From: Podarcis vaucheri
Taxonomy: Eukaryota
Assembly: GCA_965113315.1 (NCBI GenBank)
Contig: OZ220366.1
Reading direction: 5' to 3' (one strand)
DNA length: 64,000 nt
Shown here piece by piece: positions 1 through 11,173 of the stretch. The position numbers and the translations under genes were made by a program. The first letter of the stretch is position 1; each line of letters opens with the position of its first letter. The notes beneath the pieces were generated by a model, which was not told where the DNA came from, did no database searches, and saw nothing but the letters and a program-made list of their open reading frames with translations.

Positions 1-146
1 AGTCTGGATGGTCCTACTTTCATTAACTTTATTATCCCACAGAATTATGAATAGTAAATCTCCAAGATATGGCAGGTTTTGATCAAAATATTAATGTACC
101 ATGAAAGATAAATGACAGCGATGTCATCTAGAGATTCTTAACTCTG

Positions 147-169
147 GAGAGAGAGAGGGGAGAGAGAGA
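147..169. repeat. (GA)n microsatellite, interrupted
   Basis: gagagagagaggggagagagaga read directly. Confidence 0.9.
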
Positions 170-363
170 AACTATATAGATGTCCTACCTCTTTCGATTT
201 TTTTATCCTGTCATTTTTAAAGCATATTTTGCATCATTTATAGGTGTTAATCTTAGATACAATGACTGACCATTGAAGAGATACAACAATGCATAAAGCC
301 AAATGTATTGTGATAAGAAGGGGGAAGCAGCCACTTTAGAGTAGAAACGGAACATTTTCATCA

Positions 364-625
364 CATGAAGGAGCATCTCCACCTCCATCGTTCTGCCCGG
401 ACACTGAGGTCCAGTGCTGAGGGCCTTTTGGTGGTTCCCTCGCTGTGAGAAGCCAAGTTACAGGGAAACCAGGCAGAGGGTCTTCTTGGTAGTGGCACCA
501 CCCTGTGTTACACCCTCCCACCAGATGTCAAAGAGCAAAACAACTACCAGACTTTTAGAAGGCATCTGAAGGCAGCCCTGTTTAGGGAAGCTTTTAATGT
601 TTAATAGACTATTGCATTTTAATAT
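364..625 (+). mobile_element. L2-clade LINE 3' fragment, running into the assembly gap
   Basis: Closely similar to 58510-58700 (gagaagccaagttacaggg...catctgaaggcagc.ctgtttagggaag). Resembles squamate L2 ORF2 C-terminus and 3' UTR as recalled. Confidence 0.75.
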
Positions 626-781
626 NNNNNNNNNNNNNNNNNNNNNNNNNNNNNNNNNNNNNNNNNNNNNNNNNNNNNNNNNNNNNNNNNNNNNNNNNNN
701 NNNNNNNNNNNNNNNNNNNNNNNNNNNNNNNNNNNNNNNNNNNNNNNNNNNNNNNNNNNNNNNNNNNNNNNNNNNNNNNNN
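626..781. other. Assembly gap (156 N)
   Basis: Run of N characters. Confidence 1.
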
Positions 782-1287
782 ATGTCACTAGGGAGAACCA
801 GAAATCTTTTGACCACTTCATTCCTAATATTGGATGGGCAAAAATAAATAAATGCAAATTTACCATGGCAGGAGACTTCATGATATATGAGGAACATCTA
901 TGATGGCTGGCTCTTCACATGTGTTTTGTCTTATGTCTCCCTTAGACATATTGTTCTCCAAACTAGGCAGCTGGATATAATACACTCAAACAGTCCCCCC
1001 CCACTTTCCTACACCTAATTAGCAGTGTGAACAAATATTCTGGTTTGCTCCAGATTACCTTGTCTGGCCAGAATATAGGGTCAAGAGGAGTGGGGGCTAA
1101 ATGAAAGTACTGTATTTGTAATTCTCACTGTACTACTGATTTGTCAAAGACAAAATGAAACAAAAGCAGGTCTCTTGGATCACTCCAGAAGACAACCAGA
1201 TGCCTCCATAAAGCCAACAAGCAGGACATGGAGGGTATAGCTCGCTTTGACTGTTCCAAATCAACAATTGGTATTCAGCAGCATATA

Positions 1288-1527
1288 GAGTGGAACCTCA
1301 ATTGTCAAACGTAATTCATTCTGGAAGACCGTTCAACTTCCAAAACGTTCGACAACCAAGGCACAATTGCCGGTCGGCAAAATCCATTGAAAAAATGGAG
1401 AACGCACTTTGGAAGCCATTTTACTTCCAAGGCACGTTCAAAAACGGAAGCATTCACTTCTGGGTTGTCGGCATTCAAAAGCCAAAATGTTTGACTTCCG
1501 AAGTGTTCAACAACCGAGGTTCCACTG
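1288..1527. mobile_element. Tc1/mariner (Tigger/pogo-like) MITE
   Basis: Termini (g)agtggaacctc / gaggttccactg are inverted repeats, with TA on both sides (1286-1287, 1528-1529). No ORF. Confidence 0.85.
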
Positions 1528-1604
1528 TATCTGCTTCATTTTGAAGCCTTTTCAGGATAGGTGAGCCTTTTCTGAATTTAAAGAAAGATTGTACCTTACT
1601 TATC

Positions 1605-2003
1605 ATTATTTATTTATTACATTTATTTCCCACATTCCCTCCAAGGAGCTCAAGGTGGCATACATCTCTATCCTCCTCCCCTGTGAGGAAGGTGAGGCTG
1701 AGAGTGAGTGACTGGCCCAAAGCTACCCAGTGAGCTTCATGGCTAAGTGGGGATTGAACCCTGATCTCCCAGCACTGGTCTCTCAGGGTCTAGTCCACCA
1801 CAACTAGGGGTTCTCTTTTGGTGCAGCTACATCTCCACCCGGAGGGGATTTTTGCATTTCATAGGAAATGTCTGGGGTTTGGGGGGCTATTTATTTATTT
1901 ATAACTGTGCCCCGGAAATGGAAGCCATCACTTTGCCCGAGGCCTGCATGCTACCATTTTTACGTCTTGAAACATGGCAACCCTAACCACTACAGCACAC
2001 TGG
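1605..2003 (-). mobile_element. Old tRNA-derived (MIR/CORE-like) SINE, interrupted by a probable hAT-like insert at about 1805-1985
   Basis: TTAT-rich tail at left, core gtgactggcccaa...gagcttcatggc, B-box-like ggattgaaccc. Head resumes as taaccactacagcacactggc after an insert ending tggcaacccta. Confidence 0.55.
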
Positions 2004-4352
2004 CAGAGTGTATGCTATACCTTAAGTCTTTAACTTATTAGTTGCTCATACCCTAGAAAGAATGGCTGCTTTTATCCATGATTGTTTTTAATACAGCGCT
2101 TGGTGCTCTGTTGTGTAATGGCTTGGTTCTCCCCCACAGACGCGAGACAACTCCAGCAGTAATTATCTCATGTTTACTACTCAAACTCATAAATCACTGT
2201 GGAGCTCAGTCTTCAGCATGTTCATCTCTGTTTGCAGTTGTCGAGTCTGAGCTCCACCCCTTCCTCCCCCAGCAGCGAAGTCCCCACTTTCACTTCCTTT
2301 CTTTCCCCCTCTTCTCACAGAGTCTCTCGAGCCCACAATTTTTTGGACAGGTTATTTTCGGGGTCTCTGTGTCAGAGCCGGAATCTGAGCTAACAGTCTG
2401 TGTGCCCCCCCCCTGCTTCTCTTCCTGCCCTTTGATCTGTGAGATTAGGCTCCTACTGCAGCTTGGCTCCTCCTCCCTCGCTTCACATTCCAACCTAATC
2501 ACATCTCTTGTGTTCTCAGGCTCTGTTAGCGGAGGCACAAAAGGCTTGAGATTCCCAGAGCTGACATGTTGTGACCAATGTTGTGCCATATTGTCACTGC
2601 TTTGCATGCTCTAAAGCAGCACAGAACTCCATATCTGCACTTCATGCAATGTTAAGAGAATCCGCAGTCTGTTTTCCATTTCACCAGTCTGAGGTAGCTC
2701 CAGTCCAGGCACTGAGGCAGCTGAAGAGAGAATCTGGTTGACATTTCTCATGCTAAATGTGTGTTTGAGTTTGCTCTGAACGAAGTGGTTTGACCACCGG
2801 CCTTCATTTAAATAGTGCATCTTACGATGGTGATGAGAAAACAATAAACTTGCATTGAACAAAGCATGAGCTTCTGGATACTGGTTGAGGTCTACCTCAA
2901 CCTCACAGACCAAAATCCTCTTCATGTTGGCTGAGGGAAAGTATAAATGTGAGCAGGAAAAAAGACAAGAGAGTGTGAGGGCATGAGTGTTGTGTTATTT
3001 CGTCTTCTTGCTTTATTTAAGGCTGATAATGGAAGGCTAGATCATCCACAGATGAAGTTGCAAGTATGAGAGAAGCTTCTTGCTATTCTCCCAAATCTTG
3101 AAGCAAAGCACTCCCTTTGTACAGTTTGGAATAAAATAAAGTCCCTTAATAGACATCAGATGTAAAACTGAAGCCATTTTCTATCAATTTCTTGGAAGGT
3201 TAGTTGCTAAATCTTGATTTCACACCACATAAAATTCTGTCCATTCCAATTAGAAAAAGAGAAATCAATTTTATCAATAAGAGGAAAGTAAAAAAAAAAA
3301 AAATAGATTCTATCTTGTGCTAAGTACAAGGAATGGCCCTGTGAGCCAGTGTTAATGGTGGCTTCTTTCATTGCCAGGAACAGAAGTAGATGGCTTGCTT
3401 TCTACTGAAAATCTGGCATAACATTGTCTGCACATTTTTCTATAGGGTGTAGTTACTTAACAATAATTGAAACCTTGGAATCTATACTAATAAATGTCCC
3501 AAATAAACACTGTGTGGCTCATCTAGAACTAGGACAATATTCATCTATCTGGTCAATATGGCAAATCTAATGCCTACTCATGCAGCTTTGACAAAACTAT
3601 CACTGCATGTCCTCCAGGCAGTGACTACCATGAAAAAGTTCAAATGACTAAAGCTTATAAAGGAACGACTCCGCCTGAGTTTCAATGTTCATACTGGGAA
3701 GAGTTCTTTGTTTCTGTCTTAAAGTTGCTGTGGGCTTTAATGAAAGGGGGAGTTTTTCACCAAAAGCTATGTATGTTGGGAAAATGGAAACCTTTTTGGA
3801 GCAAGTCAAATCCCTAAGCCCTTTTTAAACTTGCGATGGCGTGTGTTGAAAAAGCACATGGAGGGAGGTGAACTTGAGAAGAAACAATACCAGAAGGAAT
3901 GCCCATCCTTCTTCCACTCAGACTTGTACCTGCCCATAGAAAAAAGAGTTATGCAACTCTGCTTAATTAACCACTTCCAAACATATATAGAAAATGTATC
4001 TTGGTACTTCAATGCTACGTGTGTGTACTGAGAAGACAAGCCCATTACAGTCCGGTGGGTTATTCTCAAGCAAGTATGCATGGATTGTGGTGTAGGTGAA
4101 CCATTTATTTAACTCTAGATTTAATTTAAGCACTATAAATAACTATTTGTGTTTTTTTGGTGGTGGTGGTTCTTGTTGTTATACCTTAAATTATCAGTGT
4201 AGGTTACAATAGATATTAAAACATCATAAAACATATTAACATAAATTGAGATAGAAATTCTATAAGAGCAGGATATATCCTATATGTGCATGCAGTGAAT
4301 AATCCCAACTACATTTTTCTGTGGAATGTTCTGAATCACTATGCATTAGGCA

Positions 4353-4641
4353 AAATAAAAAAATTCCTTCCAGTAGCACCTTAAAGACCAACTAAGTTAG
4401 TTCTTGGTATGAGCTTTCGTGTGCATGCACACTTCTTCAGATACACTGAAACAGAAGTTGCCAGATCCTTCTATATAGTGAGAAGGTGGGGAGGGGTATT
4501 ACTCAGAAGGGTGGTGGGAATGGGAGATTGGCAGATATCCAAGAACTAACTTAGTTGGTCTTTAAGGTGCTACTGGAAGGAATTTTTTTATTTTGACTAT
4601 GGCAGACCAACACGGCTACCTATCTGTAACTGGAACCATGG
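4353..4641. mobile_element. Penelope-like element remnant (inverted pseudo-LTR pair)
   Basis: Perfect 57-bp inverted repeat (4351-4407 / 4539-4595), 13-bp target duplication TATGCATTAGGCA (4340-4352, 4642-4654), and a hammerhead motif typical of Penelope pLTRs. Confidence 0.85.
4407..4444 (-). ncRNA. Minimal type I hammerhead ribozyme motif in the Penelope pLTR
   Basis: Minus strand GUAU-CUGAAGA-A-GUGUG-CAUG-CACAC-GAAA-GC-UC-AUAC: stem I, CUGANGA core, stem II, GAAA, palindromic AGCU mini stem III, UH site. Confidence 0.75.
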
Positions 4642-6400
4642 TATGCATTAGGCAGTCTGCCATATCTGAAATATTTTCCCCAGTCCAATAGGAAGTTAAT
4701 AAAAATCTTCATATTTTCATCTTAACTTGCTCAAAAAATGTCAAATGGAAAAACACCAACAATATATTAAAATCAACTCCCCCCCCCATTTGACCTTCAT
4801 TACAAACATTTGGGTAAAACCACTGTTCTACAATTTTAACTTCTTTAACAGAGAAGCAGTTGTATAATCTCTAGAAGACGTAGGCAAATTGTGTCACTTA
4901 TACCTTCCACTAAGACATGTATAAATATATACTATAAAGTAATAGCATTCCATCCACATATATTGCCAACAAAAAGGCAATTTTGGAAGCATGGATTCAA
5001 AGCTGCATTAATATTGTGGCCCATAATGTTTCATCTGTTCTTATACTGAAATAGCTTGAAATGAAAAAAACAAGGCTGCAGCTGAACAGAGTGTAATATT
5101 CATCAAGTTGATCTTCAGGTCCTTTTATTCTGAACTAAAATTGGAAGGCTAGCTACAACTGCCATTAAGAATCTGTGGCAGGAACAGTGGGACAGTAATC
5201 CCTTTTGCAGATTCTATTTTAATTTAAATCCTGGTGTGTTAAATAGCACCATAGTTCTTAATAAGAGGGGATCAGAAACTGTATTTGTCAGGCTCCATAC
5301 TGGGTATATTACTACTTCCATTCTTTGCTTGTTCTTGAGAAACAAGAATTTGGGCTTTGCACTGAGTGCTAAGCCCCTTAAATCGCTGAACACTTTCCCT
5401 GAATTGTTGGATTTTAAGCCTTGAATACTTCAGATCCTATCAAGTTAAAATTTCCTTTCAATTTCACTCCTCCTCAAAGGCCCACAGCACTGATTTTATT
5501 TTAACTACTTATATTATCTTCCTGTGTTATCTGAACTATTTTATATTTTTCTAAAGTCACCTAGGATAGTATCACAGTCCTCAGAAAGTAATGGAAATGG
5601 CATTCTGTGTGCTTTAACTGGCAATCTGTAGGGATATTTACAAGTGCAGCAGTTCGGAGATTCTCATAAAATGCTGCCTTTTGCTTGATAAACAGTGTCA
5701 TCACTCAAGTATGGTACATGTCTGTATTATCCACACTTACAGAACTGAAGTAGCCATGGGTAGTAATTCAAACTAACAAGGCAATTTCCAGCTCTGCCCA
5801 AGTGACAGGATTGTAACCTCAGTGTCATGGGCAAACCCAGTCAGAAAATTTATATTCAGTGTTTCACAGAAATGGTCCACAATGTAGGTTCCCCCCCCCC
5901 CTTACCTTTAAACCTGATCCCTTCAGGCTATTAACTGTCCCCTAATATGATCCATTTGATGTTTAAAGGGACACTTTCCAGCTTCCTCTGCTACTATTTT
6001 TACTGAGGTGAAAGGCTTCAAAGATATTTCATGAATAAAACTATAGCTGGGGCTAGATCTATATTTTTGCCAGGAAGTCAAAGGTTTGCCAAAGTGCTCC
6101 TGTAATTTTGCATATTCATGTCTGATTTGAAGGTAGCAGAGCCATTCTAAAATGTTTCCAAGATCAAGATAAATCTGTCCCTTAGTTTATGGAGAATGTG
6201 CTAAGAAAGCTGGAGGGCTCATGTGGTGTTTCTTTCCCCTCATTGCTTATTTTTGGGAATAAATATACAAAAGGAATTCAGACAAAAGTCCAATATCTAG
6301 TTATCCAAAGCACACTATTGCCATTACTACTGTTGCACACCACCCCAATATTGCACCCCAGTGCAAAATTTCATGGGTTCCACACATACCTAGGCTCTGT

Positions 6401-6746
6401 GTTTCCTTTAGGAAATTAGGCACAGCAGAGAGTCTAGTGTCTTTATGATATATGGTTTATTACACAAATATACAACCTGGACCTACTATGTAGGTGTTCC
6501 CAGCATTAAGACCCCAAGACGGTCTTTTTGTTCTATAGCAACAGTCTTGGATTCATACAGGAATCAACCATCATGCTCTGCCTTTCTCTAGTTTGCTGCC
6601 TTTACCACTTGGAATCTGCCCTGCCCCCATCACATCATGACCAATTCTACCTCAAACTCTAGCTTTGTCTTCTCTCACTCTGAGTTGAGGGAGGGGCTTT
6701 TCCCATTTGCTGCCTGGCACTCATGACAGTGGTAGACCCATGACAG
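6401..6746. mobile_element. Unclassified insertion, possibly a degraded solo LTR
   Basis: Flanked by 10-bp direct repeat TAGGCTCTGT (6391-6400, 6747-6756). Minus-strand AATAAA near 6455-6460; ends near catgaca. Confidence 0.3.
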
Positions 6747-8786
6747 TAGGCTCTGTTGCAATAATTAAATTAATCTTTACAGCAAGGGATATAGGATTCC
6801 TCCTCTTCCATAATGAAAAAGATTTATAAAGGCTTCTGATAGTTCAAATGCAATGGGTTCGTGATGCACAACTAACTTATTCTACTGGTTCTTTTTCCTT
6901 CTTTGCCATTTGTAATTTTTGTTTTCACCACCTTACACAATTTCTAAAGCCACTAACACAGATACTCTCTGAAATCTGTGCAAGCATAGCTCAGTTGAAA
7001 CAAAAGAGTAAAAAGCAAAACTCATTCTGAAAATCCTAAATGTAATGAGGAATTAGAACAGACTGAAGCCTTGATCTCAAATTGTGATTGCTGGACTACC
7101 AATGTTTACTGCACTATATAAAAATGATATAGCAAAGAATCTCCCTATTCTGAAACACCCCAACATAGTGAACAGGTATAAGAAAGATTTTATTTCTAGG
7201 GGGATCCTACAAATTAGTTGAAATGGATGTTATAGCTCCTTATGAAATGCAAGTTGGGGTTCTGATGCAATTCCCTCATAAAGAGACATGAACTGAAAGC
7301 TTACAGTTTAAACCCTGGCACATAATGCACAACTCTATGCATATATTCAAGGCATTTGTGTTCGTGGCATTGACTGCAGAGAGAAAAGTGAAAAATGTGT
7401 AATATGTTAAACTGGATTATGATGTCAACCATGGATCGCTTTAATGTATTTGAAGAGGAAACTTGACATGATTTCTTTCTTGACTTGAATTGGCTATGAC
7501 TGGACAGAATAGTTCTCACTGGATTTATTCAGGCAATTCAAATGATTAGGGTGATGCAATATCCAATATCTGAAAGCCAAATTGAAACCAATCACACATG
7601 GCTGATATGATATTATTTGCTGTAAAGCTGAAAGTGTAAAAATAAAGGCCAGAGACCATTCCCTCCCTTTAAGCATATAGAACTGGTACATGACCCGACA
7701 TATTTGTGTGCAGGTACACATATGTGAAAGCAAATTATTGAGGCAACACATATACCCGGTATGTTTTTCTGTCCCAATGGGTTGAGGGAATTCTTCTGCA
7801 AAGTAAATTTGTGTGATTGCTCCATTACAAAAGAAATGTTTGGATGACACCCCACTTACTGAGGGATTATGCATGATGGGACTATAGAGCTGAAGCTGAT
7901 CTTCGCACATTTAGCAAACTCAATTAATTGCTGAATTTTCTGATAACTTTTTTTGTGTGGTGCACAAATCAGAACAAATTGGGGTGGAGGGAGTTTCGTT
8001 GCCAGAATCTGAATTCTAGAAAATGCAACAGAATGATTGAGAAACATCTTGAATTGTGGATAGCAAAAGGAAATATATGGAACCCCCCCCTTTCTGCTTC
8101 ACAATGCATTTGCCATTATCATATTTTAAAGTGTATGGCAAAAATGGATTTCATATGCTCTAGTCTAATGAAATATTTACAAGAGCATATGAACCAAAAA
8201 ACCTTTAAAAACTTACCTGAGGGAAGAAAGAAACAACACTTGCTTTATGGTAGTCTCCTGCACTACAGCTAGCTAAGTTGGCAGCAAAATAATGCATAAT
8301 GCATTCATCCTGAGGTGCACTTCATCATCAGTTTGATACCTGGGCATTTATTTGTTTTCTGAGTAGTTCTTGAGAGATAAAAGTGCAGTTCTTAGACTAT
8401 AAGAAACAACTTGGGCAATGGATGTGTTTAGATTTGTCACACTATGTGTGCTCATCAATAATGAATGTTGTGAAAGAGGGCAAGCGTACATATACACAGA
8501 AGTGTGCAAGCAGCAGAGTGCCTAAAAGTCTGTAAATATAAAGAGCCCATTATGTAACAAAATCATCTAACCTTAAAATGTGTTAAGATTTCTGGAAGAA
8601 TAGGATTAGAGTTGTTGGGCTAAAATAAAGTAGGTGTAATCTAGATCCCTGATTATTTGTGTTGGAGTGTCCTGATGGTTCATATATCCAGGATTTTGGA
8701 TATAATGGAACACACCGATACAGAGTACCATTATCTCTTCTTTTTTTGCTGTTCTTGGCAGCCACTTTGTGCTAGCACCCATGGTA

Positions 8787-9153
8787 AGGTAAAGGTAAAG
8801 GGACCCCTGACCATTAGGTCCAGTTGTGGCCGACTCTGGAGTTGCGGCGCTCATCTCGCTTTATTGGCCAAGGGAGCCGGCTTACAACTTCTGGGTCATG
8901 TGGCCAGCATGATTAGGCTGCTTCTGGTGAACCAGAGCAGCACACGGAAACACCGTTTACCTTCCTGCTGGAGTTGTACCTATTTATCTACTTGCACTTT
9001 GAGGTGCTTTCGAACTGCTAGGTTGGCAGGAGCAGGAACCGAGCAACGGGTGCTCACCCCGTCGCGGGGATTCGAACCGCCAACCTTCTGATCAGCAAGT
9101 CCTAGGCTCTGTGGTTTAACCCACAGCACCATCCACAGTGCCACCCGCGTCCC
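8787..9153 (-). mobile_element. Sauria SINE, full length
   Basis: tRNA-like head (minus strand gggacgcgggtggc; B box ggttcgaatccc), (ACCTTT)n tail, flanking (ccc)atggta duplication. Near-identical to 61430-61782. Confidence 0.92.
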
Positions 9154-10151
9154 ATGGTACTTTTACCCATATAAGTGTACGAGCACTTTCAGAATGCTAG
9201 TACCTCCTCCCCACCCAAAAGCTCTGCTTAGATTTCTTTCTGAAACTCAACATAGGTTTTTAATTCTTAGGAAATTTTACTGTCCCAATCCCAATGAATC
9301 TTCTCTATAAAAATCATGTGGATTAGAATTCACAATATAGCCTTGCTTGACATCACACCACACAGTCATTTCATGAAGATTATACATTATATGGACCCCC
9401 CTCAAAAAAAATCCTAGTAGTAATAGTAATAAACTCTAGGGTTTTTTTTGGGGGGGGGGAGAAGCCCTATATGCTGATAATGTCATAGCTGTGCATGCCA
9501 GCATAGCTCTGTACTGCCTATAAGGGCATTATTTTATAAACACAACTAAGCTAGGAAGATAGGTTTTAAACTACAAAGCCAAAACCTGCGTTTTTCTATT
9601 CACTCATTCATGTGAGAGGATATTTTTTTTTGTTCATCATTAGATGTTTCTTTAGATTGGACTTCATCCAGATGTTCAGAGATAAAATTTGTACCTTCAG
9701 TAAAATGCTAATTTGGGAGACTTTGCAAAAATCCTCTCCCTAACAATTTTCAATAAATAATTTATTTGGAAAGTAAGCAGCTGCAGCATGATTTAGAGCT
9801 AAGACTATGCTTAGGGCAGGAAAACAGCAAAGCATTAATTCAGCTGAAAGAGATTCTGTTTTTAGTTATGTTGCCTGATTTATGCAGTTTGCTTAGAATT
9901 CCCGCAATTCAGAAAGAAACTGGTATTCCCTGTGTTAAACAGCAGGAGATTCATTTGCTTAAAGGCAATGATCCTTGGCCCATTTATTCTTGAAGACCAT
10001 GATCCCAATCTGCAAATACATTGGCAACACTAATGGTAAAAGCCTCTTCTAATTAACTACTTTAGAGTAACTTCTAAAATAGCCAAGTCCAGGGTTTCAA
10101 CCAACGTACAGTTATGCCCTTTGATGAAATTGTTTTGTCCTTTCTACAGCT

Positions 10152-10287
10152 AAGGGGGACGCAGGGGGACGCATACCCCTAAACATTTTGTGAATCTAAG
10201 TTCGGCCTCATTGAGGGGCAGTATTTCAATATGTGTAGGAAAATGAGAGTACCCCACACATTTATTTATTTAGGAAAAAAAGCACTG
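10152..10287. mobile_element. hAT-type MITE remnant, left terminal repeat lost
   Basis: Right terminus aaaaaaagcactg; internal duplicated gggggacgca and taccccta/tacccca motifs. Confidence 0.5.
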
Positions 10288-10931
10288 GGATATATGAAAC
10301 TCAGATTCTAGTCCATGGTCAGTTGTGGAAATCATACCATATACTGACTGTATCTGAGTTGCTTACAATGAACCAGAAAAGGAGTTTTGGAATTGTGTCT
10401 CAGCACAAATGTCAATCCAGTGTTTAATGGGGATGAAAAAGTAAATCCTGCATTAAGGAATAATTTATTTTTTTTAAACGGCCTCATTTGGAATACTGGC
10501 TATCCTGTCTTAGTAATGAAAATGGTCATGAGATGATACAGTAACATCTCCTATAAGACCAAGCTACATGATCAGGGCTTTTAAATTTAGAAAAAGGGGA
10601 CGTTGCCAAATTTATGTGTTGCAGGTGTATAAAGCCCTAAACAGTTTAGAATTTGTTTATCTGAGAGTCTACTTCTCCCAAATCTTATTGCTTGGATCCT
10701 TAGTTCATAAAGTGGAGTTGTATTGTGGATGTTGTTTAATGTTCATTTAATGGTAACATGGAGCAGAGCTTTTAATTTGGTGACACCTACAGCTGCATGC
10801 CCCTTGGAACAGGATCAACAATTTGTTCTTTGAAGATGGCTCCTTAATATTTCTTTCTAATTCAGTCAGGCACTTTCAGGTTAGCAGTGTTTAATATTGT
10901 TCATGCTGTTTTTACAGGTAGCTTTACTGTA

Positions 10932-11173
10932 CAGTGGTACCTCGGGTTAAGTACTTAATTCATTCTGGAGGTCTGTTCTTAACCTGAAACTGTTCTTAAC
11001 CTGAAGTACCACTTTAGCTAATGGGATCTCCTGCTGCTGCTGCGCCGCCGGAGCACAATTTCTGTTCTCATCCTGAAGCAAAGTTCTTAACCTGAAGCAC
11101 TATTTCTGAGTTAGCAGAATCTGTAACCTGAAGCATATGTAACCTGAAGCATATGTAACCCGAGGTACCACTG
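10932..11173. mobile_element. Tc1/mariner (Tigger-like) MITE
   Basis: TIRs cagtggtacctcgggtta / taacccgaggtaccactg, TA on both sides, internal taacctgaa repeats. Second copy at 62159-62383. Confidence 0.92.

Noticed and set aside
597-897. Three ORFs spanning the N run
   Set aside because: Artefacts of untranslatable gap sequence.
8657-9091. 144-aa ORF, and similar ORFs at 61449-61812
   Set aside because: They run through Sauria SINE sequence, which is non-coding.
9396-9459. C/A-run versus T/G-run inverted repeat
   Set aside because: Low-complexity arms with no TSD or family evidence.
10975-11160. Repeated taacctgaa units suggestive of a CRISPR-like array
   Set aside because: Short subterminal MITE repeats with irregular spacing in eukaryotic DNA; no cas genes.
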